Part shown: positions 47,215-57,149 of the stretch, one piece after another
Layout: each line of letters opens with the position of its first letter
Numbering within the stretch: the first letter of the stretch is position 1
Notes under the pieces: model-generated
Seen by the model: the letters and a program-made list of their open reading frames with translations, nothing else
What the model was told of the DNA's origin: nothing
Database searches by the model: none
Assembly: GCA_040755995.1 (NCBI GenBank)
Contig: JBFMAF010000034.1
Location: forward strand, 32,001-96,000
DNA from: Acidobacteriota bacterium
GTDB taxonomy: Bacteria > Acidobacteriota > CAIWXX01
Length of the DNA stretch: 64,000 nucleotides
Reading direction: 5' to 3'
Translations under genes and position numbers: made by a program

Positions 47215-49011
47215 CTACTGAGCCTTGGGTCTGAAGAAGAAGTCGCGCGGGCCCCTCGCCAGTAACAGTCTGACCTGGCTGACCAGGCGCGGGTCCCCTG
47301 TGTTCATCGCTCGACGCAGCATCCCCGCTGACAGGCTCGCGGATACGCCGCGCGACAGCCAATCCGGTACCTTGGCGTACTTGTCGACGATGTCAAGTCC
47401 GACGGGGAACGCATAGCGCGGCAGCAACCTGGCGGTGTGGTAGAGGAATCGCGCAATGAAACCTGAGACCTCGGCGGCGGCTCGATTCATCTCCACCCTA
47501 AACGGGAAGTTACTTTCCTCACTCTTGACGAGCATCGCCGACGGGCGGGGATACTGCGCCACCACGGGCTTCCAGCGATCACGGGCCCGCACCTCCAAGT
47601 TCTTGTCGACTTCTATGGGAGTGAGGTACTCGCCCTCCTTGAGAATGCAACCGAAAAGGAAATCGTCCGTGATGTCATACTGCTCGATTTTCTCGATCGC
47701 TGCCTCCTTATACGCTGCGGTAAAGACACGCTCCCGCTCCAAGCGGTCCATGACCGCCGTGGTGACCGCCCTGCCGACGGGGCGCTCCACGACTCCCACG
47801 ACGGGGATGGTGCATTCGTCGATCAGCTGCATCAAGTAGGCGTAAATCGCCATGAACTGATTCCACATGGACGGTTCGCCTGGAATGTGCTGGACCTTGT
47901 TCGAAACCTTCCCTTCGTCGATTCCGATCTTGTTGAGGAATCCCGGCGCCAGGAACGGCACGTAATTCGGTGGGCCTTCGTCATACTGCTGGAAGGCGTT
48001 CACGAGGGGCCCGTGGATCAGAAGGGCCCGCGTCTCCGGATGCTCTCTCAGATGCAGCAGAGCCGTGAGAGCCTCCAGGGTGTACCGCGCCGCCTCCTGC
48101 AGACGCTTCGGGTCGGCGCGTTCAGGAAGGCGTCGACCTCCGTCCAGGAGGTCTCCGATGACGTAGGGGTGCATGGACCACTGCTCCCGGTGCTCTGGTT
48201 CTTCCACCCCGGGGCGAACCGAATATACGCCGACTCGCAACGCCAGCGGTTCGATGCCCGGGAGCGAAGCAATACGAGCCACGCCCCCGTCAACGAATGC
48301 GAACCGCTCTCCCTCCACCTCAGACCACATATCTAGATGGGACTTGCGTATCTGTCCGATCCGGATCTTGGAGCCGGCGGTCTCCAAGGAGGCGCGCAAT
48401 TGCTCGGCGAGTTTCTTGACGACTATCGGAAAGTGGATGTTTTCCTCCGTCCTCATCGAGAACAGGTGCGAAAAGAGCGCGGTCAGGATGTGCGGTGCGT
48501 CCAGGAAGCGCGCGGCGTGCAATGCGAACAGGTCGGGATCCTTTGCACTCGCCTCACGGTATAGGGCCTCGACAATATGCGGCGCTTCAACAACGGTCGC
48601 CTTCGTAGGTGGGATGTCGTATGATTGGAACCGCAATGCGGGTTCGATCGATTCGAGTCTGGACAGAAACTCGGGTTCCCACACGTCCACCACGCATCGC
48701 GCCTCGCTCTCGCTGCCTTCAATGAAGAAGGCGACGATCTTTCCGTGCAAGTCCGCAAGCTGCAAGTGCCTGCAGAGCCCCTCACACTTGACGTAGAAAG
48801 CCTCCTTGAACACCTGTATCCTGGCAGAGCCCTCTGCGACAATAGTCCCGGGTGTATGGTCCTTGAACTTGATCAAGAGGCAGCAGCCGTCACGCAGATG
48901 GCCCGCGGCAGGTCCAACCGGACAGAGGGCGTGTTCGGCGATCCGTCTGGCGTTCTGTTCGCCGCCGAGCAACCAGCCACCGTCGACGAGGATGAACAAG
49001 TTCCGATGCAC
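47215..49011 (-). CDS. nurA: NurA-family nuclease with roughly 200 aa N-terminal extension
   Basis: FAFVDGG, HGPL, FPVGLDIVDKYAKV; directly upstream of herA. Confidence 0.75.
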   Translation of the reverse strand: MHRNLFILVDGGWLLGGEQNARRIAEHALCPVGPAAGHLRDGCCLLIKFKDHTPGTIVAEGSARIQVFKEAFYVKCEGLCRHLQLADLHGKIVAFFIEGSESEARCVVDVWEPEFLSRLESIEPALRFQSYDIPPTKATVVEAPHIVEALYREASAKDPDLFALHAARFLDAPHILTALFSHLFSMRTEENIHFPIVVKKLAEQLRASLETAGSKIRIGQIRKSHLDMWSEVEGERFAFVDGGVARIASLPGIEPLALRVGVYSVRPGVEEPEHREQWSMHPYVIGDLLDGGRRLPERADPKRLQEAARYTLEALTALLHLREHPETRALLIHGPLVNAFQQYDEGPPNYVPFLAPGFLNKIGIDEGKVSNKVQHIPGEPSMWNQFMAIYAYLMQLIDECTIPVVGVVERPVGRAVTTAVMDRLERERVFTAAYKEAAIEKIEQYDITDDFLFGCILKEGEYLTPIEVDKNLEVRARDRWKPVVAQYPRPSAMLVKSEESNFPFRVEMNRAAAEVSGFIARFLYHTARLLPRYAFPVGLDIVDKYAKVPDWLSRGVSASLSAGMLRRAMNTGDPRLVSQVRLLLARGPRDFFFRPKAQ

Positions 49012-49389
49012 GATGTCCTCCCTTCAGCGAGTCTCCTGACGGCCTCCTGACAAAGTATGCCTGAGGCGCATTGATGTCAAGCGGCATCGGAAAGCATCCC
49101 TGCAATTCAGACGCTGGGGAGAGGATTCGGCGATCCAGCGGGCGCGGCAGCTACGGCAGGGGCACTTACCTACGTTGGAAGGCGGGGGACCGGGGGGGGC
49201 CGGCGGTGCTGCGGTGTGAATCGAGATGTGGCATCACTGGAGAAGGCGGGAATGCCCACGCAGATCACGCCATCTGGTCTGAAGAAGCCAAGTGGAATCC
49301 GTTGAGACTCACGCGAGCAAGGGTGAGACCGGTCCGGAGCTTCTAGTAGAGCCAGAGGGGGAGCGGTGGAGGTGTCAGTGCCCTCGACG

Positions 49390-51048
49390 TTAAGGTGCTC
49401 TTGGGTTGGCCAGGAGGCTGTAGATTTCGCGCTTGAGGGACTGGACCTTCTTGAGGAGTTTTCTCCGGGGTTCGCCATCCGGGAGAAGCAGGAGTATCTC
49501 AGCGAACTCCGGGAGTGAGATCAAGCAGAACTTGTGTTGGTAGTAGAGCGCGACGACGTCGATTGCGGGTCCAAGGCGGCGGAGGAATTGGACCCTCGTT
49601 CCGCGGGTGAGTTCCCTTCGCTGGCGGAGGAGGTGGACTTGGAGCAGCGTGTAGGTGAGCAGGACGAAGAGGACGTGAGCGAGAACCAGGGAGAATGCGC
49701 GGGACGTGACCCTCATGAGATCCCAGAAGCACTTGTACTGGCGGTGCCGTTCCTCGATGGTGGGGCGGAGCTCATAGGTGGAGCGGATCTGTGCGGCGCT
49801 CCAGTCTCGCGCCGTGGTGACGATCACCCACTCTTCAACCTGTCCATGAACATCGATTTCGCGGCTGATGACAGCGGTCAGTGGCACGGGGCAGCTACTC
49901 CAGCTTGAGAGATCACGAACGATTCCGATGAGGGTGAGTGCTGGGACCATGGGCGGGGGCGGAGGGAGTCCTTTTCGCGCGGCCAGGGTCTGTTGTCTCT
50001 TTGCCTCGCGCTTGATGATTGTCGGATGTTTGGGCCGATCCGTTTGATCTCGCCGTGTTGCCACAGGACGTAGGAAGATCTCCCACGCGAAGTCCTTCAT
50101 CGCGGCCAACGCCTGAACATCTATGAAGGCGTCCATGTTTTTCCTAAGAGGCATCACCGTATCGATCTGGTGAATCTGCTTGAGCCGCCCGATCGCCTCC
50201 CCGTCGATGAATCCACGATCCAGAATGAGCACACGCATCCAGCCGCGGCCAACTGCCTTCACAAACTCCTCGACCATTTCATAGAGAATCGCAGACTCGT
50301 GCTCGTTACCAGGAACGAGTCGCGCAGCGACCACAAAGAAGAAATCCATATTTCGATTGATATGGATCAGGTTGACCAGCTTGTAGCATCGCCTCCACTG
50401 GTAGCGCGTGTCTTTCAAGTCGACTTCTTCGTCGTTGACCGGATGGTTATGTTCGTCGAATAGCAGCCTGACCGACCCCTCGTACCATTCATTGTCCGGG
50501 ACGAACACATAGGAGGCGTCCCCGATGTAGACCCCCTCGGCATCCAGGAGCTTGCTCCCGCGTAGCGCCCGGGGCACCTCTCGATTGAACCAGGCATGGA
50601 GCAGGCCAGAATCCGTATCACGGCCTAACTTGCGGAGGAAGTCCTGATCGCAGGGCGTCTGCCGGCCATTCGTGTTCTTGTCATTGAACCCCGTGCAGGC
50701 GAGCGACACGTCCCCTGAATCCGGATGAACCACCTTTCGTCCCACTTCCGGCCCCAGCGCGCTGATCAAGCCTCCTGAGCGGATGACGTAGGGAAAGGCC
50801 CGGTAGCTACCCGTCCCATGCAACCGCAGGCTCATCTGACTCGCGATGTAGACCCAAACCGGGACCTCCTCCTTCTTGCGCGGGGTCGGGTAGGTCTCCA
50901 CCAGTCGATCCATTATCGGGCGCGCAAGAATGTGCCGGAAGAAATCGGCCTCGGCCGCCTCCGTCACCGGTTCAAGATAGTCCAGATTCCCCGCGCGGAG
51001 CGCGTCTAAAACAAACTCCCGATCATGCTCGAACGTAATAAGGTTCAT
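49390..51048 (-). CDS. DDE transposase (IS4-superfamily-like)
   Basis: IGDAS, LILDRGF, YELRPTIEERHRQYK (Y-R--IE signature). Confidence 0.85.
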   Translation of the reverse strand: MNLITFEHDREFVLDALRAGNLDYLEPVTEAAEADFFRHILARPIMDRLVETYPTPRKKEEVPVWVYIASQMSLRLHGTGSYRAFPYVIRSGGLISALGPEVGRKVVHPDSGDVSLACTGFNDKNTNGRQTPCDQDFLRKLGRDTDSGLLHAWFNREVPRALRGSKLLDAEGVYIGDASYVFVPDNEWYEGSVRLLFDEHNHPVNDEEVDLKDTRYQWRRCYKLVNLIHINRNMDFFFVVAARLVPGNEHESAILYEMVEEFVKAVGRGWMRVLILDRGFIDGEAIGRLKQIHQIDTVMPLRKNMDAFIDVQALAAMKDFAWEIFLRPVATRRDQTDRPKHPTIIKREAKRQQTLAARKGLPPPPPMVPALTLIGIVRDLSSWSSCPVPLTAVISREIDVHGQVEEWVIVTTARDWSAAQIRSTYELRPTIEERHRQYKCFWDLMRVTSRAFSLVLAHVLFVLLTYTLLQVHLLRQRRELTRGTRVQFLRRLGPAIDVVALYYQHKFCLISLPEFAEILLLLPDGEPRRKLLKKVQSLKREIYSLLANPRAP

Positions 51049-51467
51049 TGCTTCTTCTCCCGATTCCTCCGAAGCCGACGAGGCGGCGGTGGTGGCAGCC
51101 GCAATGCCTTCTCCAGCCGGTCCACTGCCGCAAGAATCTCACTCTGAATCCGCACGAGAGTCGCCCGAGCCCGGCGGAAATCCCGATAGCGCAGCGTGAG
51201 CCGTTGAACCCGGAGACTGTCGGCAGGGGACACCGACCGCAAGCGCGTCTTGCCCTCCTCACTCCAGGTGATAACGTCGCTGACGTGTCGCGCCTCCTCA
51301 GACCTGGCGCAATGGCAGCCGGCCTTCCCGCACCGCGTGCGCAGCTTGTAGAGCGTCCCCTTGATCAACTCACGGGGTCGCAACAACGCCTCGATCAGGC
51401 GGCGATGCCGCTCGATCAGGTCGTGGAGCGTCTGCCTTTGACGGCTCGCATGTACCAAATCGGCCAT
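51045..51467 (-). CDS. DUF6788-like small protein accompanying the transposase
   Basis: GTL...RCGKAGCHC...H motif; ATGA overlap with transposase. Confidence 0.7.
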   Translation of the reverse strand: MADLVHASRQRQTLHDLIERHRRLIEALLRPRELIKGTLYKLRTRCGKAGCHCARSEEARHVSDVITWSEEGKTRLRSVSPADSLRVQRLTLRYRDFRRARATLVRIQSEILAAVDRLEKALRLPPPPPRRLRRNREKKQ

Positions 51468-51859
51468 TCTGGACCTCAGCCTTTATTCGCATTCTAGTAA
51501 TAACATAAAGATTCAACCAAGGCAACAAGAAAAATGTGAGTTCCGACGAATAACCCTCCCTAACTCGGCCGACTAGCCGCCAGGGAGCCTACCCCTCGGA
51601 AAACCGGCCCATCGCCGCATGTGGCCGCTGGGCGGCCCGCCCTCCGAGGTTCACGGCAGGATCGTGGAGCCGGCGACAGGAGCCCGGGTGACGCCACACC
51701 CTACTGTCTGAATCGCAGGGAAAGCATCCGAGAAAGGGAGAATGGACGGCCAATGCCGTCCAGCTGCCGAGCCTTCCTTGTTCCCATGTGTAATCCCTAG
51801 TTGGCGCCGCCCCTGGGGAACCTGGTACCGATCGATGATGTGCCAGCCTTCCTGTGGCG

Positions 51860-52098
51860 GCGTTCGACACGTTCTTCCTGACGGTGGTCGCGCTGGTGAT
51901 CCTGACAGGTGTCCTCACGGAGGGGGGCGACTTGCATTCACACCGGAGCTGGCCTGTGTGCTCTACGTGGTGCACCTGGGCGTGGTGCTCTGCCTCTTCA
52001 TCACGTTCCCCTACTCCAAGTTCGCGCATATGCTCTACCGTACGCTGGCCATGGTTCACGCCAGAATGGCGGGCATCGCGTCACCGCGCGCCAGGTAG
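51860..52098 (+). pseudogene. qmoC: Duplicated 3' fragment of qmoC, frameshifted
   Basis: Homologous to about 36055-36294 (AFDTFFLTVV...PYSKFAHMLYRTLAMVHARMAG); 1-nt loss in the G-run near 51925. Confidence 0.9.
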
Positions 52099-52166
52099 AG
52101 CGCTGCTGAGGATGGGACAATCCAACAAGTCTCGCGAGATAATTTCAACGAAAGGGAGGAGTACTC

Positions 52167-53435
52167 ATGAGTAAACTCGTATCGCCGCATGGGAGTGCGG
52201 ATCTGAAGGCTCTTCTGCTTCAAGGCAAGGAAGCGGAGGAGGAGAAGAAGAAGGCTGAGACGCTCAAGAAGGTGCCCATGACCAGCCGGGAAACCTCGGA
52301 CCTGATCATGATGGCCATCGGAGCTTTCACGCCGCTGCCGGGGTTCATGGGCCGGGACGATTGGAAGGGCTGCTGCGAGAGCTACCAGCTGCCGTCCATG
52401 AAGAACCTGTTCTGGCCCATCCCGATCACGCTGTCGGCCGAGCAGGCGCTTGCCGATTCGATCAAGATCGGTGAGGAAGTCGGGCTCTGGGACACGGAGA
52501 CCGAGGCCTACGTCGGGACTATGAAGGTCACCGAGAAGTACGGGATCGACAAGGAGTACGAGTGCAAGCAGGTGTTCCGGACCAACGACAAGGCGCATCC
52601 GGGCGTGCAGAAGGTCATGGAGCAGGCACCCGTCAACCTGGCCGGTCCGATCCGGCCGTTCTCGGAGTCCTACTACCCCGAGATGTTCTCCACCATCTAT
52701 CAGCGCCCCGCGGATGCGAGGAAGCTGTTCCAGGAGCGCGGGTGGAGCACCGTGGCGGCGCTGCAGCTGCGCAACCCGATGCACGGCTCGCACGCATACC
52801 TGGCGTGGATCGCCATCGAAGTCTGCGACGGCGTCTACATCCACCAGCTCGTCGGCAAGCTGAAGCCGGGAGACATACCGGCCGAGGTGCGCGTGAAGGC
52901 GATCGATGCGCTCGTGAACAAGTACTTCCGCAAGGAGCGCGTGATTCAGGGCGGGTACCCGATGGAGATGCGCTATGCCGGACCGCGTGAGGCGCTGTTG
53001 CACGCCGTGTTCCGCCAGAACTACGGCTGCAGCCACCTGATCGTCGGCCGCGACCACGCAGGTGTCGGCGACTACTACGGCCCGTTCGATGCGCAGAAGA
53101 TCTTCCTGGAGATCCCGCACGACGCACTCGAGCTGAAGCCGCTGCCGCTCGACTGGACCTTCTACTGCTACGAGTGCAAAGGCATGGCGTCGATGAAGAC
53201 CTGCCCGCACGAAAGCAAGGCCGTGATCGATGAGAACGGCAACTACAAGGGCGGCGCCAGGCTCCTGCTCTCCGGTACGCTACTTCGCAAGCTGATGAGC
53301 GAAGGCAAGCCGGTGCCCGAGGAGTTCAGCAAGCCCGAGGTCATCGCGATCCTCAACGACTACTACAACAGCCTCGAGAAGAAGGTGGAGATCAAGCTGC
53401 ACGGATTCGCCACCGGCGAAGCCGGCAAGAAGTAA
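52167..53435 (+). CDS. sat: Sulfate adenylyltransferase, copy 2 (intact ORF)
   Basis: 422 aa; I count 8 amino-acid differences from copy 1. Confidence 0.95.
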   Translation: MSKLVSPHGSADLKALLLQGKEAEEEKKKAETLKKVPMTSRETSDLIMMAIGAFTPLPGFMGRDDWKGCCESYQLPSMKNLFWPIPITLSAEQALADSIKIGEEVGLWDTETEAYVGTMKVTEKYGIDKEYECKQVFRTNDKAHPGVQKVMEQAPVNLAGPIRPFSESYYPEMFSTIYQRPADARKLFQERGWSTVAALQLRNPMHGSHAYLAWIAIEVCDGVYIHQLVGKLKPGDIPAEVRVKAIDALVNKYFRKERVIQGGYPMEMRYAGPREALLHAVFRQNYGCSHLIVGRDHAGVGDYYGPFDAQKIFLEIPHDALELKPLPLDWTFYCYECKGMASMKTCPHESKAVIDENGNYKGGARLLLSGTLLRKLMSEGKPVPEEFSKPEVIAILNDYYNSLEKKVEIKLHGFATGEAGKK

Positions 53436-53466
53436 TTACCCCCTTTACCCTCGCCTAACTTTCACC

Positions 53467-53498
53467 AACCGGGGCCTCCAGGCCCCGGTTTTTCTTTT
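53467..53498 (+). terminator. Rho-independent terminator after sat copy 2
   Basis: Same hairpin and T-tract as 37669-37700. Confidence 0.9.
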
Positions 53499-53699
53499 CG
53501 GCTCATGAGGTGCCTGACCACAATAGGTCGTGCCCGATGTGTTCAGTGGTCTGGATGCGCTTCTTCTTTCCCCGCCGCATGACGCCCGTGCCTTGCTCGA
53601 GGGAAACGGCGAGGCGGTGAGGGGGAGACGCGGAGAACCGAACACCACCTCTTCACCGCGTGTCCGCGTCGCTGCGACTCCCTCTCTCTTCGTTCGTAT

Positions 53700-53825
53700 C
53701 GAAGCTCCGGGAAGGCCGTCTCGCTCGCGGTACCGGGTGCTGAAGCCTGCCGCCTCCAAGCAAGCAGCAAGCTGCTGGGCCAAACCGGAATCCTCTTCAA
53801 CGTGACTCGTGAAAACGTCTGGCAT
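53700..53825 (-). pseudogene. Truncated TIR-domain protein (N-terminus only)
   Basis: MPDVFTSHVEEDSGLAQQLAACLEAAGFST...RDGLPG matches the bacterial TIR_2 start, then similarity is lost. Confidence 0.65.
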
Positions 53826-53851
53826 CGGATATATCCCGCCGCTCGTTGTAC

Positions 53852-53914
53852 GCCCAACGCCGAGCATCAGCGGCACGAGGTCTTATCCGTGTCCGCTGGA
53901 CGCTCTTGTTCGGC
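53852..53914 (-). repeat. Integron attC site
   Basis: Minus strand GCCGAAC-AAGAGCGTCCAGCGGACACG...CGTGCCGCTGATGCTCGGC-GTTGGGC; 63 bp imperfect palindrome with R''/R' boxes. Confidence 0.8.
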
Positions 53915-54109
53915 ACGTCTTGCCCTGGCGGTCGTGGCTCGGCGGCTTATCTCCTCGATTGTGAGATCCTCGTCGAGGCCCTCTCGCCACTTTGTTTGGT
54001 CAAATGGTTCTCGCTGAATCAGCGCTACGAAACGCTCGGCTTCAATGTCGCCAAGATACCTAGCTAGGACCTGTAGCCCCTTCATACGGATCTCAGTGTC
54101 AGTAATCAT
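53867..54109 (-). CDS. Putative antitoxin of a PIN-type TA module
   Basis: MITDTEIRMKGLQVL..LGDIEAERFVALIQREPFD.TKWR; overlaps the end of the PIN gene. Confidence 0.65.
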   Translation of the reverse strand: MITDTEIRMKGLQVLARYLGDIEAERFVALIQREPFDQTKWREGLDEDLTIEEISRRATTARARRAEQERPADTDKTSCR

Positions 54110-54562
54110 AGCCTGCGCTCCTTGATAAACAGTATCGGGTCCGCGATGTTGATTGCCGTCACCCGAGGCTTGCATTTCAATATTCTGTCATCGGTTGTGA
54201 TGAAGTACTCGCATCCAGCGGCGATTGCGCAGGCCAGGTGCAAGGAATCGATCTTCGGAAGGCCCTCTTCATGCAGACTGCTCGCGTTCGCGAGCAGCTC
54301 GGGGCTCTCCTGGACCTCCAATTCAGCGCAGGCCCTCCAGACGCTAATCCGGCTCTTGCGTTCCGGATACGGGTTCCTGTCGTTCTCGTAATCCAGAATA
54401 TAAGACCAAACCCGGGATGCTTGTGACAAGCTGGTAATCCTTGCTGTGTTTATCCCACCAGTCCCGCGTCCATTTCGTGCGCGCGGCCATTTCCGGTTCG
54501 CTGCGGGTCTCGTAGTAGAAGCTCGGTATCGTCGTTTCGATGTAGACAAGCTGCTTCAGCAC
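54106..54562 (-). pseudogene. Chimeric, frame-disrupted PIN (VapC-like) toxin
   Basis: N-part VYIETTIPSFY..TRDWW and C-part WSYILDYEN...DSLHLACA..FITTD are in different frames and look like different PIN subfamilies; junction near 54415. Confidence 0.65.
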
Positions 54563-54716
54563 AAATCAGCCGCTGGCATTGAAAATCCGGTCAATCCGTC
54601 ACGCAACACTCGGGTGATACGGTTCGGCTCTTCTGCTTCCACCATAGCACCTCCTCTTGCGATGTAGTACATCCCGCGGTTTCATCGATGTCATGCTCTG
54701 CAAGTCAACCGGCCCG

Positions 54717-54780
54717 GCCCAACACCCCAGATCAGCGGCGGGCCGCGCAGCGGACCGTCCGCTGCAACCGGTTGTTAGGC
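54717..54780 (-). repeat. Integron attC site
   Basis: Minus strand GCCTAAC-AACCGGTTGCAGCGGACGGTCCGC..GCGGCCCGCCGCTGATCTGGGGT-GTTGGGC; 64 bp; the upstream gene's TAA stop lies in R''. Confidence 0.85.
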
Positions 54781-55452
54781 CGGAGGCTCCTCGCGCTCGA
54801 ACCTCGCGAGTTCGGCGAGGTGCCCGGCCGCCGATCGCAGTGCCCGACCCGAGAGGGCGTCCACCAACCGGCGGGCCCGTGGCCCGAGGTCAGGGCGCTC
54901 GACGTACCTGCGCGACAACAGGTGCCCGAGCGCGAGGAACGCCAGCCCGAAGACGACGTTCGCGATGAGCCAGGCAAGATCGATGCGGGCGAGCGCATCA
55001 ACGCCGGTCAGCGCCTCGAACAGAACCAGACCTGCGGGGAGCCAGGCTACCACGCCTCCGATCACTGCCCACTTGAGTGCACGGTACTCCACGAGCCTAG
55101 TGTGCTCGAGCTCGCGCTGGATCTCCATTACCGGTGCGCCGTAGTCGAGCTTGAGGCTGTTGACCAACAGGTAGGTGCACAGCGCGGTGATCGCGCCGGT
55201 GAGCACGGCAAGCGCGCCACCCACGATGGCGTAGCGCGGCTCGGTTACGTGAGCGGCGAGGACCGACATCGCGACGACGAGCATGGTGATGCCGAGCGCC
55301 ACCTCCAGCGCCCTCCACAGGACGTAGGGCGCGAGGGCGAAGCGGACCTTGCGCAGCAGCGCTTCGCGCAGAAGCCGCTGGTCGATGGCGACGCTCCGCT
55401 CCAGCATGGTGCCGTGCGCGGCCCAGGCTTCTTTCAAATCATCGAACTGCAT
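54775..55452 (-). CDS. Membrane protein, probable anti-sigma partner
   Basis: MQFDDLKEAW start, four TM segments, overlaps the 3' end of the sigma gene. Confidence 0.7.
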   Translation of the reverse strand: MQFDDLKEAWAAHGTMLERSVAIDQRLLREALLRKVRFALAPYVLWRALEVALGITMLVVAMSVLAAHVTEPRYAIVGGALAVLTGAITALCTYLLVNSLKLDYGAPVMEIQRELEHTRLVEYRALKWAVIGGVVAWLPAGLVLFEALTGVDALARIDLAWLIANVVFGLAFLALGHLLSRRYVERPDLGPRARRLVDALSGRALRSAAGHLAELARFEREEPPA

Positions 55453-55957
55453 GTGATCCTCCCGTGTTGCTCGCGCGCTGGTCCAACGCGACGCGCAGCT
55501 TGTTTTTGATGCGCAATAGTTTCGTGCCGACGTTTGACACGGAGATGCCGAGCACTTCCGCGATCGACGCGTGGTCGGTCCCGTCGAGGTAGAGAAGGAC
55601 GAGCGCCTTATCGAGCGCGCCCAGATCGTCGATGCAGCGCAAGAGGAGTTGGACATCCTCGTTGGGCTCGACGCAAGCTGCCGCGATGGTGATCGCGTGG
55701 GCGTCGAGCGACAGGTGCCCCTCCCGATGCCGCCGTCCACGGCGGTAAAACGAGATCGCGACGTTGAGCGCGATGCGATAGACCCACGTCGTCTCCTTGT
55801 AGCGCTCGTCGTACCGGTGGCGGTAGCGCCAAAGTTGCAGGGCGACCTCCTGAAAGACGTCCTCGCGGTCCGTCACGTCCCGGCAATAGGCGTAGGCGAT
55901 CTTGTGGATCAGCCGGGCGTGCCGCCGGATCAGGTCGGTGAACTCTTGGGCTTCCAT
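55439..55957 (-). CDS. ECF sigma factor (integron cassette gene)
   Basis: EDVFQEVALQLW, TWVYRIALN, IAEVLGISVSNVGTKLLR. Confidence 0.9.
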   Translation of the reverse strand: MEAQEFTDLIRRHARLIHKIAYAYCRDVTDREDVFQEVALQLWRYRHRYDERYKETTWVYRIALNVAISFYRRGRRHREGHLSLDAHAITIAAACVEPNEDVQLLLRCIDDLGALDKALVLLYLDGTDHASIAEVLGISVSNVGTKLLRIKNKLRVALDQRASNTGGSHAVR

Positions 55958-56100
55958 CGGGGGTATTATTCGCAGGCGCCCCTCGCCAGATCACAGGCTC
56001 AGTCGTTCTTTCTTCCGGCGCCCCGACGCAGGGGGCTGCTGAGCCCCGCCGCCTCCACGGACGGCCTGAAGAGAGCCCGCCTGCGCCGATCCCGCTATCG

Positions 56101-56268
56101 GCCTAACAATAATTAGACTGATCCGCATAAGATGCGGAACTACGCTTCCCTGCCTTGATAGCGCGTCGCTGATTCATCCGGCAGAATCGCGATAAGTCCT
56201 TCTGTTTCAGTCATTTGTGCCCCATGCTTTGGAATATCCTCCGTTCTTATGCGGATCGGCATAAGAAC
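56101..56268 (-). promoter_or_regulatory. Probable integron attI region
   Basis: Minus strand ...TCCGCATCTTATGCGGATCAGTCTAATTATT-GTTAGGC core site at the head of the cassette array, AT-rich, no attC-type partner arm; 13-bp inverted repeat GATCCGCATAAGA (56120) / TCTTATGCGGATC (56245). Confidence 0.6.
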
Positions 56269-56673
56269 CTCCTCGTTGCCTCAAAGTCCGTCAACCGGGC
56301 TGCGTAGGCCCCTGAGTTCCCCGTCACGCGGGGTGGCCGCTTCCTGGGGCGCCCGCCCGGGTTGCGCCGCGCGATGGCCCACCGAGTTCACCGGACGAAG
56401 CGAAGGGGCCACCTCAACCGGTTCGCCAGTGACGACGTCGACCGGGCATCCCCTCGGTGTCCGGCACTGTACGATGCTTCTCTTCGGGATGCCAGCGCCG
56501 ATCAGGGGTAGTCTTGATCTTCGCCACTCGTTGCGGCTCATATGGCACGATCACTCTCAACCGCCCCCTGCGTCCTGGATCAACTACTACAGCGCTAATC
56601 GCTGCGAACTCCCTCCATTCTGAACCGAGACGACGAATGTGTCAACAAGGCTTGCGCGTGCGCGTGCGCGCAC

Positions 56674-57035
56674 CCACCACGGCCCGTTCGATTCGCAGAA
56701 GATCTTCCTCGTGATCCGGCACGGCGCTCGAGCTCAAGCCGCTGCCACTGGACTGCACATTCTACTGCTACGAGTGCAAGGGCATGGCGGCGAGGAAGAC
56801 CTGCCCGCACGAGAGCAACGCGGTGATCGACGAGAACGGCAACTACAAGGGCGGCGCCAGACTCCTGCTCTCCGGCACGCTGCTCCGCAAGCTGATGAGC
56901 GAAGGCAAGCCGGTGCCCGAGGAGTTCAGTAAGCCCGAGGTCATCGCGATCCTGAACGACTACTACGACAGCATCGAGAAGAAGGTGGAGATCAAGCTCC
57001 ACGGTCACGCCACAGGCGCCGCCGAGAAGAAATAG
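56674..57035 (+). pseudogene. sat: sat 3' fragment, copy 3
   Basis: Homologous from YGPFD onward; 2-nt deletion near 56725 and several substitutions. Confidence 0.9.
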
Positions 57036-57065
57036 CCACCCTCTATACCCTTGCTACGCTTCACC

Positions 57066-57097
57066 AACCGGGGCCTCCGGGCGCCGGTTTTTCCTTT
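57066..57097 (+). terminator. Degenerate copy of the sat terminator
   Basis: AACCGGGGCC-TCCG-GGCGCCGGTT plus T-tract. Confidence 0.75.
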
Positions 57098-57149
57098 CGG
57101 TAGCAAAGTTCTTGACATCATACCCATTATGGGGTGTATCATTCCCAAT

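Larger units (their letters stand above)
49297..51551 (-). mobile_element. Putative two-gene insertion sequence
   Basis: Transposase plus partner gene; imperfect inverted ends CGTTGAGACTCAC (49300) and GTGAGTTCCGACG (51536); boundaries tentative. Confidence 0.5.

Noticed and set aside
49341..51499. TTCTAGTA direct repeat on both sides of the transposase pair as a target-site duplication
   Set aside because: No inverted repeats lie immediately inside it; could be chance
56281..56673. Search for an intI or other tyrosine recombinase next to the attI-like site
   Set aside because: No convincing R-H-R-Y recombinase frame could be read on either strand
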